This document shows, in pieces, positions 25,990-39,600 of a stretch of 64,000 nt of DNA; within the stretch, counting starts at the first letter, position 1; every line of letters starts with the position of its first letter. The notes below the pieces were generated by a model. That model did not search any database and was not told the DNA's origin. It saw only the letters and a program-made list of their open reading frames with translations. The position numbers and the translations under genes are program-made. Source of the DNA: Botryllus schlosseri (taxonomy: Eukaryota); NCBI GenBank assembly GCA_051294905.1, contig CM119372.1:38752001-38816000 (forward strand), written 5' to 3'.

Positions 25990-28018
25990 CAGGGCTGTGG
26001 AGTCGGAGTCGGAGTCGGTGGAGTCGGAGTCGGAGTCTGGGTAATTTTCGCTTGATGGAGTCGGAGTCTGAGTCGGAGTCGTGAAAACTATAATTGCTGG
26101 AGTCGGAGTCGGTGGGAAAATACTGACTGGAGTCGGAGTCGGAGTTTGTGAGAATGACCCTGACTTCGTCTCCGACTCAAACTTCTCTATCATGAAAACA
26201 TTTGCTTTCAAAGAGTTTTCAATAGAATTTTTATGTACCACCAATAACTGTTATTAATAACCATACAGATCAGGTGCGACCAGCCCTTGGCACGCAGGCC
26301 AGATTTGGCACACGAGGAAGGCTAGGTGCGGCCTGCGAGGTAATTCTCGAAATTATTTATGACATCAGGTACAATTGCAAGGCCAACCAAAATTTGATTC
26401 GCGTGCCCGCGAAATTTGATGATGACTAAAACAACAGTTCTGACGCATTGACGTATCCAGGGGCCAGCCACATTTATCCTAGATCTTCGTATATGACCAT
26501 AAAGTAGAATATTTCATAGCAGATTTATTTGACTTGAATTTTTCTCGGTACTTCGCATGATTCATTGTCACTAGATTTCTTGTATTCAGTATTTGAGCCC
26601 CCTTCTGAAAAGTATAAATACATAATTCACAGAATTGAGTCTAACTATATTCGCAATTAGGAGATAACATGTCGTCCAACATGCGGCTTCGCTTGCGCAC
26701 TCGCAGCGAGATCGTCGACAAAACATTTGCACAAAATGATAGAGGCACTGATACCGTCGATTTTGCTATGTCTAAACGTCGAATAATCCTGTCCTTGCCA
26801 AATGAGCCCAGTGGTATACAGATGCGACCCCCAATGTATGTTAGCAACATATTTATTGATATAATTCAGTTATCAACTTGCAAAAAATTGCGCGCTTCGC
26901 GCGACCAGGACCTGCTTTCGCACTGCACGGTTGCATGACATATTGTTATCAATTTTAGAGCGTATATTAATATCAGTCTTGTTTGCAATGTTACCTAGTT
27001 CGGTTCGCTCCTATCGGACGAATAAAAAAAGGTTATCAACATTCCAGTTGCCTGCGCAATGTTTCGTAAATCTCAGGTGTACCTTTGGCCGAAAAAGTTG
27101 CCCACCCCCTGATATAGATAAAATTAGACATTACTTGCAAATTACAACTCAGTTGCAGAGGGGAAGAAAATCGCAATATGCGTTTTTGCGATGCAGTCAA
27201 AATTGATACAATTTTTGGAATAATACCATGATACTGTGACAGAGCAAATGCATCGGATGGTTTTTTAAAATTGTAAAAATGATGTAAATATGACCAAACG
27301 ATGCTTCCCACTTGACAAAATTAAAAATATTTGTGGTGTAGCTTAGCTGTTTGGGTCGAACAAAGGATCAATACTGCAAGTCCCAATCCTTGAATACTTG
27401 ATTAAGTAGGCCTAAATGTAGACTACACATTGGCTATGGTCTTTGACTACTTAACTAAATTCCATTTATGACCAATGTCTATTAGTAGTAAGAGTGTGTG
27501 TGCTTGTAATCAGGATAGTGTGCAATGACAAAATTAGTAAGTTCAATCTCTTTATAAGTAGTTGACTCATACACAAGAGCTACACTTGGATTTTTTATTT
27601 ACGTTTTTATTACACAGGATTGGATATCTGCCATATTTGAATGTTTCATAAATTTCAGGATATTAGAGAGTCCATGTTATAAAAACTTTAAAAAAGAAGG
27701 ATATTTAGCAAATTTTTCTTCCATGTTAATTGCATAGTGGATAATTCGAGCTGTTCCACAATGAAACAATTTAGCATGCCACCGTTAATCATATGTTTGC
27801 ATATGTTTAATGGTTGAATGACAGTCATTCAACCGACAATGTGGCATATAATTTTCGAAGTAAATTGGTAATAATGCTGGAGTCGGAGTCGGGAGTCGGA
27901 GTCGGAGTCGGTACGATTAAAGACCCAGGAGTCGGAGTCGGAGTCGGTATATTGAAAATGTGTGGAGTCGGCGTCGTGGCCGTAGTCGGTGGTAAAATTT
28001 GCCGACTCCACAACCCTG
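25990..28018. mobile_element. GGAGTC-repeat hAT-type element
   Basis: TIR cagggctgtggagtcgg/ccgactccacaaccctg; perfect TSD cagaccac. Confidence 0.92.
26271..27111. mobile_element. Nested hAT (Charlie-like) MITE, same family as 56609-58119
   Basis: Degenerate TIRs; TSD atacagat/atatagat; colinear with the 56609 copy. Confidence 0.75.
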
Positions 28019-28369
28019 CAGACCACCCATTAGGAGTGAAAGCATGGCGTCCTAAATGGCGTGGGCGCAGCGAGATTGAACGGCTGACTGCATTTGGTTT
28101 ACGTCATACTTTCATTTTTTTCCAAATTTTACGACCATTTTTGACCGTCTTGTCGAGCGCAAAATCAATGAGAAGCTGCCGCAGTACTGATTATTAAAAT
28201 ATAAATTATATTCTGCTCATGGAACTGGAACCCCCAAAATCAACCACGATTTTTGCATTTTGATCGAGTTGAACATTGTGACGCAACAAAATGTCTGGCT
28301 ATTTCTGAGCTGCATAGTCTCGTTTTGCCAGACAGTCTTGTTGCGTCAATGTTCTTAAACAAGCTAACA

Positions 28370-28798
28370 TTCCCAGGACTCTTCCATGCGAGTTGGTAAT
28401 ATTAAAGCCACCTGAAGTGACAAAAGTCCTCCGAAAATATATCGGTAGACTGAAGGAGAACTGATGGTCGGGCTACTAAATAGAATGTATTCAGTGACAA
28501 CACAGGAAACTCCTGGAAAAGGATCGGGAAGAAAATTCTTTCCGCGATGAGATCGATGGCACTGGCGAAGTGATCTCTTTTCATGATGCATGGAAGCCGG
28601 TTCGGCCCTCCAAAGATTTTGAAGCTCTGAAAACCATTTTCGGATGACTGGCAACATTCTTTCCCTCACCGGCTACTGTTGAAGCCTATTATTTCCCAGA
28701 TTCGCTGGGCGAGAAATGAATTTAGGAGAAACTTAGCTGACCTGAGTTTGGAAGCACTGTTACAGTGCAAACGATTTAAGTCTATTCAACAGCTGTAA
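28370..28798 (+). pseudogene. hAT transposase C-terminal (dimerisation region) relic
   Basis: LPCELVILKPPEV...SFHDAWKP...LKTIFG*LATFFPSPATVEA(fs)QIRWARNEFRRNLADLSLEALLQCKRF; four stops and a frameshift; lies inside the hAT TIR pair 25771-29148. Confidence 0.7.
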
Positions 28799-30003
28799 AA
28801 ATCAGTTGTTGAGCGTGTTTGTTAGGCTTTACTTTCTTTTTTTTACTTATCGGCACCGATTCCGATGGATACTGCACATTTTGTGGTTTCGTTTGATATT
28901 AATAACCTATGAAATCGTTTGGTTTTTTCTTCTTCTTATTGTTTGTTGGCACTGATTATTCGTGGATGCTGCACATTTTGTGGTGTCTTTTGACAAACTA
29001 GCCCAAATAAAGCGTTTTTGTGACGAATTCGAGGCTGAAACTATCTATTTAGAGGACGATGCCAAAACTGCCAAAAATAAAAATCAAAAAATGCCAAAAA
29101 TAATTTATTTTTGGCAGTTTTGGGATATGCCAAAAATAACACGGCCAGGCTATAACGTAAACTGAACGTGAACAAGGAAGAGATATTATACCATGTTCGT
29201 GATAGCACAAACGTCTGATTTTCAAATGCCATTGCTCATTATGACGTGACAAGTAGCCTATTAGCTTTGCTAGTGATTGCGTAAGAAGTATCCACAGTAA
29301 ACAGATATTCGATGTACGTACCCGCCGTACATTAGCGTGATTGCAAGAACACCCGCCGTGGTGTATCTCAGGTTATCAACACGTTTCACACGCCAGTACC
29401 TCGCAGCAGGATAATTAATCACCACTCTGCCTAGTAACAGTAACTTATGTATTGATGTTTGGTTATCCTTAGTTAACGCAGTTTGGCCGTTGCTGCTTGG
29501 CGAGCAGTAGGCCTATGTAGCTACGTACGTACGCCAGACAAAGATTTGAAATATTGTACTCGTCAAATAAAACATTAAGGCTTCCACAACGAAGCATTTA
29601 AAAATCAACAGCTGCTGATATATATCATAACCGAGCCGTTTTAGCCGTTTCTCGTAACGGCAGTTTGCAGTACATTATCTGTATTAAGTTAAGAAGAATG
29701 TTATTTTATCTTCTTTTTATTCTCATATGTCTCTTCTGAGCAAATACTAGTCACTGCTTGTACACTGCCCATTATCAGTTATAAATCCCCAACTGACTTG
29801 TTCTTTTTTGCACATTGATTGTGACTGTCTGGAATTGTTATGTGTTTCATATATTCTTTGTTAATGCTGCTATTGCTTTTCGTAAGATACATTCCGTATT
29901 AGCTTATACCCTGGTTCGTTACCACGTTAAGAGGTTATCTCATTTAAATAACCATTTACCCTGGTTCCGGCTGACAAGAAGATCGTCATGATCATATCGC
30001 CGC

Positions 30004-32419
30004 CAGACATGGGGTAATCGCGATTAGTAATCGTAATCGATTACGACGATTACAGCATTTTCAAGTAATCGTAATCGCAATCGATTACATTCGAAAAAAT
30101 TACGGAGTAATCGTAATCGACTACTTCCCATATCTAATCGATTTCTTTGTGAAAGAACGATTACTTTTTATTTGTACAAGGACTATGACACAAACTGAAC
30201 AATGAACATTCATGAACAAGGCTACCAGTTTCGTGATAGCACAAACGTCTGATTTGCAAACGCCACTGCTCATTATTACGTCAGAAGTAGCCTATTAGCT
30301 TTGCTCGTCATTGCGTAAGAAGTATCCACAGTAAATAGATATTCGATGTACGCACATTAGTGTGATTGTGAGAACACCCACCGTGATGTTTATAAGGTTA
30401 TCGACACGTTCCACCATGGCCATGGTTCCACACACCACCACTTCGCAGCAGGATAATTAATAACCACTCTGCCTAGTTCAAAATAGTAACTTGCGTATTG
30501 ATGTCTGGTTATGCATAGTTAAACGCAGTTTGACCGTTGCTGCTTGGCGAGCAGTAGGCCTATGCAGTACGTACGTACACCGGACAAAGATTTGAAATTT
30601 TGTACTCGTCAAATAAAACATAACGGTTTCCACAACGAAGCATTAAAAATCAACAGCTGCTGATATATATCATAACCGAGCCGTTTTTTCTCGTTTCTCG
30701 TAACGGCAGCTTGCAGTACATTATCTGCAACAAGTTGAAGACAGAATTCTATGTTCTCTGCATCTTATTCTCATATGATTCTACTTGAAACGGGCGTCAA
30801 TCGTTATTTCACAATTCTTACTCAACATTGGGCCCCGCCCCCATAGCCATGGGCTTATATACCATGTTAGCGTGGGTTGTAGCTGGAATCAGGACCAAAA
30901 CAGCAATTAGTCCCCCAGTCCAAATGTTGGTCTTTGGTCCCCATAGGGTGGTATTTCAAAGTTGAAGACTGGATTTCGTCAATAATATTGGTAAATGCAT
31001 TATATTACTATTAATTTTTAATCATCTCTCAGTACCCGATATTGTGAGATTTACCCGTAGAGCTGGGGGCACCTAATTCATAATTATAATGTCTGTTATC
31101 TTGTTATAATTACTTTAATGTATGTTGTTAATTCGTGACCTCCGGTCTGTTACATAATCAAAAGATATTGTAGTATACCGAACGTAGCAGACTGAAAGAA
31201 AAACTTTTGCGAGACGCACACTCAAATTGTCATGCCCGGGTGGCATCTGTATAGAGGGCTCAGATTGGGAGGATCGGACGATTCGTCACGCCCACCCAGC
31301 GCGGCTATTGACAATGGACACATACCATAAGTTTCGGCCTAGTTCTTTCTTTAGTAGCACACTTCGTCAAGTTACGTGTTGGTCGAAACTGCATGTCTTT
31401 TGGTGTGTCGTCGCACGATATTGACTGGAACCTAAATGCCTAAAATTACTATAAATTAGGGTTGCATTTAAAACAAAAAGCAATTTAAAGCGAACATGTA
31501 TGAAACAACGCCCTTGTTTTTAAACATATGTTTTTTTAAGCCATGACGTCACGAATATTCATTTGGGACGTCATAGAGGATTGACATTGACAATTGAAAA
31601 TATACAGGGTAAATATAGTTCCTTTGACGAAATATCTGTAATATAACTGTTGAAAAGACTATTTTGAGGGTCCAACCATCCCATATCGATGTACGTCGGC
31701 TAAATCGGGTGGTAGTTGTCCGTAGGCTCATACAAAATGTTTTTTGAAAAGTATTTACACAACTATAATTTTACAACTTAAAAAACACAATTTAGGTTTC
31801 TTGAATGCCTTTTTTTAAAACACTGTTTAAAGCATGTTTCGAACAGAGTGTTTTAAACAACTATTTGTTTAAATGCTACCACTATAAATTATGTATGCTT
31901 TCTTTCTTGACGGGAGACGTATGCATATCAAAATCAAGCTATCTAGAGAGAATTTCCAACCTAATTAAATCTCTCGAAAATACTCTATAAGTTATGTTGG
32001 TTTACGAAATACTTTTCAGCACCGTTCGTGCTCGTTCCCCACCCTATTGGGAAATTTGGGGTGCGGCAGTCATGGATCTGGCAAGAATGTAAATCGTTGG
32101 GTGCGATAAATTGTCCTTTATAAAAATGGACAATTGGTACATTATGACGTAACAAGAAAATGGCGCATCTTTTTTTAAAGGAAGTCTGTTATCTCATCAG
32201 GCCTCTTCAGCGCAATCCATATATTGTCTTCCAATGTAACTTCTAAGATGCAAAATAAATGTAATCGTGAGTAATCGTGATTACTTTTCCAATGTAATCG
32301 TAATCGTAATCGACTACTTCCTGATTTTGCTGTAATCGTAATCGTAATCGTAATCGCGTCATTCAGAAGTAATCGTAATCGCAATCGATTACATTCATGA
32401 AGTAATCACCCCATGTCTG
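30004..32419. mobile_element. Second GATTAC-family copy nested inside the first
   Basis: TIR cagacatgggg/ccccatgtctg; TSD atcgccgc/atcgccgg. Confidence 0.9.
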
Positions 32420-32525
32420 ATCGCCGGTATCAGCCAATACCGATAAACCACTGTTTTGTGTTAGTTAAATATTGCATATTTATATGAGTTCTATTTATTT
32501 TGGCGTCATCGGTTGACGAAATAAA

Positions 32526-32670
<145 letters not shown>

Positions 32671-34187
32671 ACTTGAAACGTACGCCAAAAATTATTCTTT
32701 ACTCAACATTAGGACCTGCCACCATAGCCACGGGCTTATATATCACGCCAGGGTGGGTATTGGTAATTGCATGATATTATTACTAATGTTTAATCCTCTC
32801 TCTGCCCCCGATGGTCAGATTTACCTGTAGAGCTTGGAGCACGTAATTCATAGTTTTGACGTCTGGTATCTTGTTATAATTACTTTAAGTGTGTGTTGTT
32901 AATTCGTGACCTCCGGTTTGTTATATATGTAGTCAAAAGATATTGTTGTATCCCAAACGCAACAGACTGAAAGAAAAGCATTCGTGAGACGCACACATAA
33001 ATTGTCATGTCTTTAATGCTCTGTGGGTGCCCCGGTGGCATTCGCATTGTGGGCTCAAATTGGAAGGACCGGGATATTAGTCACGCCCACTCACACGTCT
33101 ATTGACAATCGACACATACCCTAAGTTTCGGTTGAGGTCTTTCTTTAGTAGTACACATTGTGAAGTCGCGTGTTGGTCGAAACTGTATATGTCTTTTGGT
33201 GTGTCGTTGCACGATATTGACTGGAAGCTAAATGCCTATTAATATAAATTAAGGTTGCATTTAAAACAAAAATCAATTTAAAGCAAACATGTTTGAAACA
33301 AGGGCCTTGTTTAAAACATGCTTTTATCGTTTTTTTTGTTTTTTTATTTGTTTCAAGCCATGACGTCACGAATGTGGATTGACATTGACAATTGAAATTA
33401 TAGGGTAAATATAGTTCCTTTGACGAAATATCTGTACTATAACTGTTGAACCGACTATTCTGAGGGGTTCCAACAATCCCATATCGATGTACGCCGGCTA
33501 AATCGGGCAGTAATTAACCGGAGACTCATACAACATGATTTTTTGGAAAGAATTAACAGAATTATGGCATAATTGTACAAGTTAAAAAACACAATTTAGT
33601 TTTTTAAGGTGTTGTGAACAACGATTTGTTTTAAATGCAACCATACTATAAAATAAGTATGCTTTTTTGTTGAGGGGACGACGTATGTATTTTAAAATCA
33701 AGCCTATCTAGAGAGAATTTTCAAGTTAATTAAAATTCTTCAAAATACTCGACAATTTGTGTTGGTCTACGAAATACTTTTGAGTCCCTTTCGAGCTCGC
33801 TCCCCGCCCTATTAGTAAATTTGGGGTGCGGCAGTCATGGACCTGACAGGAATGTAAATCGTTGTGTGCGATAAATCGTACTATATAAAAAGGGCCAATG
33901 GGTACATTATGACGAAAGAAACAAATGACGCATCTATTTTAAAGGAAGTTTGTAATCTCCTTGGGCCTTTCAAGCGCAATCCATATGTAGTCTTCCATAA
34001 CTTCCAAGATGCGAAATAAATGTAATCGTGAGCAATCGTGATTACTTTGCCAATGTAATTGTAATCGTAATCGAGTACTTCCGGATTTTGCTGTAATTGT
34101 AATCGTAATCGTAATCGCGTCATTCAGAAGTAATCGTAATCGCAATCGATTACATTCATGAAGTAATCACCCCATGTCTGCTTTAGA

Positions 34188-34742
34188 CACGTGGTTGACA
34201 ACCTTTTTGTCTTCATTCCCCACTTCAGATTTATTCCGAGTGTTCATTCCCCACTACCCAAAACTTCTATATACCCTTTAAAATAGAGTTATCATTTTTG
34301 AGAACCTAAAAAGAGGACGCTTTTTATAAATTATGAGAGCTCCAAGAAAACTGGTGGTTTTGAAAATTTTTCAACCGATAGTATTGTGTTGACTGAAAAA
34401 AGGTCATTACTTTGAATTGGCTCCGGATTTTTGACGAAACTCTGACGTTCGCCGCGTCCGAGTCGTATTTTTTGTGGCATTTAAATCCTTTCCAGAGATA
34501 AAGAGAATAAATTCCCAAAAAAAGAGGACATTTAGGCGTCCGCCGATGACACTTTCAATCTACAATTTTCGATACATAGGCCTACATTCCAGAGCAGTTA
34601 ACTGGTAACTGCAATCGAGCATGTGTCTTCGTAAATATGTAGAATATCCTGTAAATAATGTGTTTACAAATGCGTCCATTCCCCACCAGAAACTATTGAT
34701 TTCCCCACCAGTGGGAAATTACCCACCGGTTGGGAACCACTG
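34188..34742. mobile_element. hAT-type MITE just past the stop codon of the minus-strand METTL27-like copy, with an internal Blackjack-like fragment
   Basis: Ends gtggttgacaacc/ggttgggaaccactg; TSD ctttagac/ctccagac. Confidence 0.65.
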
Positions 34743-35317
34743 CTCCAGACTTTAATAGTAATTACAGCTTCCTGTAGACAAACGCAAATGCCTTCATAGG
34801 CTTTCCGTCTTCCTTACAGCTGCTTTGGTAGAAGTCAATCTTTTCTTCAGTTACCAATTCTATGGTATTTTCGGAAACCAAAAGAGCTAGCAAATCCCTT
34901 AATATCATCTGATATTTGCTGTTTTTTTCAGTTATTCGGCAGTTGAAGATCAACAGTCCTCCGGGTTTCAATGCTCTCAGTATATGCTGAAAAGAAGTAA
35001 ACGGCAAATTGAATACGAACAATACACACACTGGCGAATGCAGAACTTTTACAATAGAATCTCCTTTGCAGTGAAATTCCGTCGTTCCCTATCGCAGCTA
35101 ATCGATGTTGATTACTCAGACAACACAAATCTGTATAAGACACCAGTGTAAAATACTCTTATCGTATTTTATGTGATTAGGGAATAGGTAAAATCACATT
35201 TCTCTTCAATATCCATTAATATAATTATACACGTTTTCGATGTTTCTATTGGTTGAACTTCCTAGGAGATATCATTAAACTGTTCAGAACACCGAACATC
35301 GCGGAACAATCAAGGCC

Positions 35318-36060
35318 AGGAACGGGCAATTATTCTTCCCAACGGGCTAAATGAAAGCAAAAAATACGGTGGCGGGCCGAGTCAAAATTGTTAACTACAT
35401 TTTTCGGCGTATTGACTGTATTTCGTTGAATAGTAGGCTATATATTCATATTGAAATGAACCCGAATATTTTCGGCAGACACTCGTCAGAGGTAATCGTC
35501 AGCAACTAGTAGAGAATTGGAAGGAACATTGTATATCAACAATCGTATCACAAAATATGACTTCACCAGCATGAAATTTCGAATGAGAGAGCGTTCAAGA
35601 CACTAAAAGGACGGGTCAAACCCTGACTCTAGCAAACACTTATTTAGCACTCCGAATATTCTTGAAATTTCGGCAGTCGACCAGCTCGTTCATCGTTTCA
35701 TCGCGAGCACTGATGGACTTGTTTTACGAATTGGGAACGTATCACGTACCAATTTGAAGCACATTGCGTGTAAATGTGACAATGACATCACAACCAAGAA
35801 GGTTTGAACGAAACTTTGGCTTTTTGACTTTGTTGCTTTACTAGTCACATCACACTTCGCTACCGTGGGTTTATATTGAATCTGTGTTACTTTTATGACG
35901 TAGGTCGTACGTTATCGCGGCAAATAAATAAAAAAAAGCTGCATAGCGAACGAATGTCCGGTTCAGTTTACGAAGCCCATGATTCTAGTCCACGGATTAA
36001 CATTTAAAAGTAGGTTTTATGTTTTGAATTCCAGATAACATTTCGCAGGCCGCTTAAAAT
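35318..36060. mobile_element. Decayed hAT element of the 56277-59711 family; 35440-35600 also matches 16350-16520
   Basis: Left end caggaacgggcaattatt resembles 56277; 3' part similar to 59400-59680. Confidence 0.6.
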
Positions 36061-36401
36061 CTCGTCGCTTCTCTTTATCAATAGGCTCCATATCAAAAGC
36101 CATGCTTGATTATACAAAGGGGGATCCGGCGAGACAGCGTAGTATTGAGCGGCAACCCGGGTTAAAGTCCCGCCGTAGGAGGTTATTCTAACAGTCAGTC
36201 TGGCCGACAGCCAGCCGCTTGCATGATATGAAGAGCCCACAAATCGGCAACTGTATCGCTGTAGGCTACTCAACCTTTAATCACGTGTTGCGCATCTATC
36301 CGTAGGTCAGGTATCTATAGCTATACTATCACCGTAATGACACTAACGAAAATCGAAATTTTATCAATTTTTGGCGCAAATATTTGTTGCAGTTCGTTGA
36401 C

Positions 36402-39400
36402 TATTATTATTATATTCTTTATTCACAGTAAAACTGGTAAATGCGCACATAATCCGGGGAGCAATCTGCCTCCAAAGAAAAATTACGAGATTGAAGTAAA
36501 TTTTTAAAATTTCAGTAATACGGTCAAATTGCTATCCCTATGCAATACATTGAGAAGACAGATTACAGAATTGCAGTACATGAAGAATTGGCAAGGGTAA
36601 TTGAGCAGTGGTAGAGATGATTGAAAATGAAGAATCGAAATTACAGAAATTATGCTGTGGTTCACAAGTGTAATTTTAGTCCAGTGGAGCATTCAAGACC
36701 TTCCGAAGAATATTCACAGTGCCCAATAACGTGATCTTTTGGATCATGTCGAATCGAACGTTACCCGGAATCTGTTGGATTAATGGATACGTTTCATTAG
36801 TTTTTTTGCTTACGGCCCCTGTAGAGCCAATGACTATCGGTACAATGTTTATTTTGCATTGCCACATTTTCTCACATTCCATTCTGAGCTCTGCGTATTT
36901 CGATGGTATTTCAGATTCTTTTTGTTGAATATTTTGATCAGCTGGGACGGCCAGTTCAATGAATAGGCATTCTTTTTTCTTTTTCTAGTTTGGTGATCAA
37001 ATACGGGCGGTTGCTCCTGATTTCGCGGTCAGTTGTTGTTGTTGTTTTTATTAACGCATATAATAAATAATAAATAACATCGTGGTTATTTGCGCCCACA
37101 CAGTAAATTTCATAAATTTCATAATGGCATGTCTTCTTGAACTTGATTCTTTTTTCGGCTCATTTGCTGCCTCCTTTCAAGAGTTCGGCTCTCTCTTTGT
37201 CTGAGCTTTTTCAATGCGCTGCGTTACAGCGGGTTCGGCGATGAGGAGCCCAGATAAACCTCCGACACATAGAAACATGGCAGAGCCGAGACTCGAACCA
37301 TCAACCATCGATGTCGTGACTGCAGTGTTTAACCAACTGCGCCACTCGCTTCCCCTCGCGGTCAGTTATAACTGGTACATCTCGGAATATTTACTTGGTC
37401 GTTTTCTGTCACTGGTACAGGGCTATATTTGTACTAATTTTTAGTCGAAGTGGTGATGTTAAAATGTTTGCATGATTCAAGATGAATGCAGTGACCAATC
37501 CTGTTATGTCTCCATGTCTATTCGTTCGCTGCAAGTGCTCCACAGCCAGACATGAGATGTGCTACAGTTTCATTTTGGTTGTTGCACATTCTGCATTTGC
37601 CGTCCGTGTTTTGCTTCAGAATTCTTTTCCGATGGTATTTTGTAGGGAGCGATTGGTCTTGTGCTGCGAAAATGAATCCTTCGCTTGCCGGTTTCAGGCC
37701 AGAGCTGGATAGCCAGGTCCTTGAAGGCTCGTCTACATGGAGCTGTGAAGTTAACTTCTTGTGCTGTCCATGAAGAGGCATCGACCCCCATATCGTTTCT
37801 CTCATTTTGGGTGTTGCATTTTATATTGAACTCGCGCTGCTTTTGCTATTGTTTTGGGTTTGGCAACAGTGTTTGCAGCAGTGTACAGGTTAGTTGTTTC
37901 CATGTTGACTTCTCTGGCATACTTGTCGTGTCGATAGCTCAGGGATTTTGTTTTGCGCTGTTTGTCTTCCTGTGCAATGAGTTTGCAGTAAATGTTATCG
38001 CTGTTATTGATGTAGGCTACTGTGACAAGCCGATGATTTCTGTAAAGGTTTATTCAATTTTTTGTAGTCCTCGACCACCGTTATTTCTGGGGATGAACAT
38101 TCTTTGTGTATCAGATTTTGGGCGAGGCATGTGGTGCATTGTCATGAGTTTTCTTGTCTTTGTGTCCAATTTTCTGATGTCAACTTTGCACCAGTTCGCC
38201 ACACCAAAGCTATATCTCAAGACAGGCACTGCAAGACTGTTTATGGCATTGATATTGTTTTTGGAATTGAGTTCAGTTTTGAGGATTGACTTGAGCCTGC
38301 TAATGTATTCTTTTTTAGCTTTGATTTCATTGCAGCATGTTTAATGTAGTCGCTTTCACAGATCTCTCGATATTTATAATGATCTTCAGCATTCAATTTT
38401 GTTATGGCTTCACCCATTCTGAAGTTCATGTCGCCAGTGCTAGTTATCAAAGCCAATCCAATTATCCGAGCCAAATTTCATTTTTATTTGGTTATTTAGG
38501 TCGGCATCGAATTTCGCGTACAGTTTCAGATGACCCATGAACAAAAGGTGATGAATCTTTTGACCTTCAGAGTTAGTTGCTTTTTTCGTCCCGTATCCTG
38601 TTGCATTTTTTCTCAGCAACTAACTGAGTGGAGCTAAGCTGAGGTAGAATAGAAATGGCGAGAATGAGTCGCCTTGAAAGATGCCGTCGCGGATATGAAT
38701 TTTACATGATTCTGTTTCACCTTGGTCATGTTTGATCAGCAGTTTTGTATGTCAATTTTTCATTTAGTCTTCAATAAATCTTATTATGATCGGATTCATT
38801 TTGTACATACGCATTGTTTTCAGTAGCCATGTGTGAGGGGCTGAATCGAAAGCTTTTTTGTAGTCTATCCATGCCATGCTGAGGTTAGTGAGTCTCCTCG
38901 TGCAGTTTTCAAGAATGGTTTGGTCAAGGAGCACGTGATCCTTACAGCCAAGGGCGCCTTCCTTGTAACCTTTCTGCTCAGGCGGAACAAGGTTTTCTAG
39001 GTGTTTGTAGCTTCGTTTGGCCAGGATTTTAATCAGTGTATGTACATGTTGTCAGGCATGTTATCCGCCAGTAGTTCATGGTATCCCTAGTGTTTTGATT
39101 TTTTTGAATAAGATAGGCAATCACTTGTGTGAACCAGGTCGGGATCTCGTGCGATTTGGTTGAGGATAATAGCTCAATGTAGGTTGCCGCTAGGTATTTA
39201 TGTGTCGCAGTTAGTTTTTTTTAGCCAGAGGTTTTTGATATGGTCAGGACCAGCTGCTCCCCAGTTCAGTGAACTTTTTAGGGCCTCCTTGAATTCTTGT
39301 TTTGTGATTTCTGACCATTGTTGTTCTGGTTTTAGTAGGTGATCAGTGTGGAGGTCTTTTAGCCGATTTGCATTTGAATTGTGCAATTTTTTAGTTTCCC

Positions 39401-39600
39401 ATATTTTCTTCCAAAACGATTCCACATCTGCAGTGGCTGGTATTGTACTACTGGTAATTTTGTGGTATGACTTCTATTTCATCATTCGGAATAATTGGCC
39501 CCGTTTGCGAGCAAGATTTGGCGGTATTGCGAGTTCTTGTTCTAAAAATGTTTTGATTACACAGCGTCTCATAGTTGCCTGGGTATTGGCAGTTCAGAAG
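36402..39600 (-). mobile_element. 5'-truncated R4/Dong-type non-LTR retrotransposon (RT + CCHC + restriction-like endonuclease), degenerate
   Basis: AAGPDHIKN; EQKGYKEGALGCKD; SMAWIDYKKAFDSAPHTW; GIFQGDSFSP; HLLFMGHLKLY (YxDD decayed); CRMC..ETVAHLMSGC; NRP..LFIELAVP; VPIVIGSTG; 3' (TAA)n at 36402-36413. Confidence 0.9.
37035..37355 (-). mobile_element. tRNA-derived SINE inserted in the R4/Dong element
   Basis: A box tggcgcagttgg, B box ggttcgagtc, (CAA)n tail, 12-bp TSD tcgcggtcagtt (37023-37034 and 37356-37367). Confidence 0.85.

Larger units (their letters stand above)
25771..29148. mobile_element. hAT element with TGCCAAAAAT subterminal repeats carrying a transposase relic
   Basis: TIR caggccgtgttatttttggcat/atgccaaaaataacacggccag; perfect TSD gctataac. 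Confidence 0.9.

Noticed and set aside
25933..28197. Low-complexity ORFs (PTPTP, GVGVG, DSDSD; also RLRLRL, ERERER and GSGSG elsewhere)
   Set aside because: Translations of MITE subterminal repeats and a microsatellite
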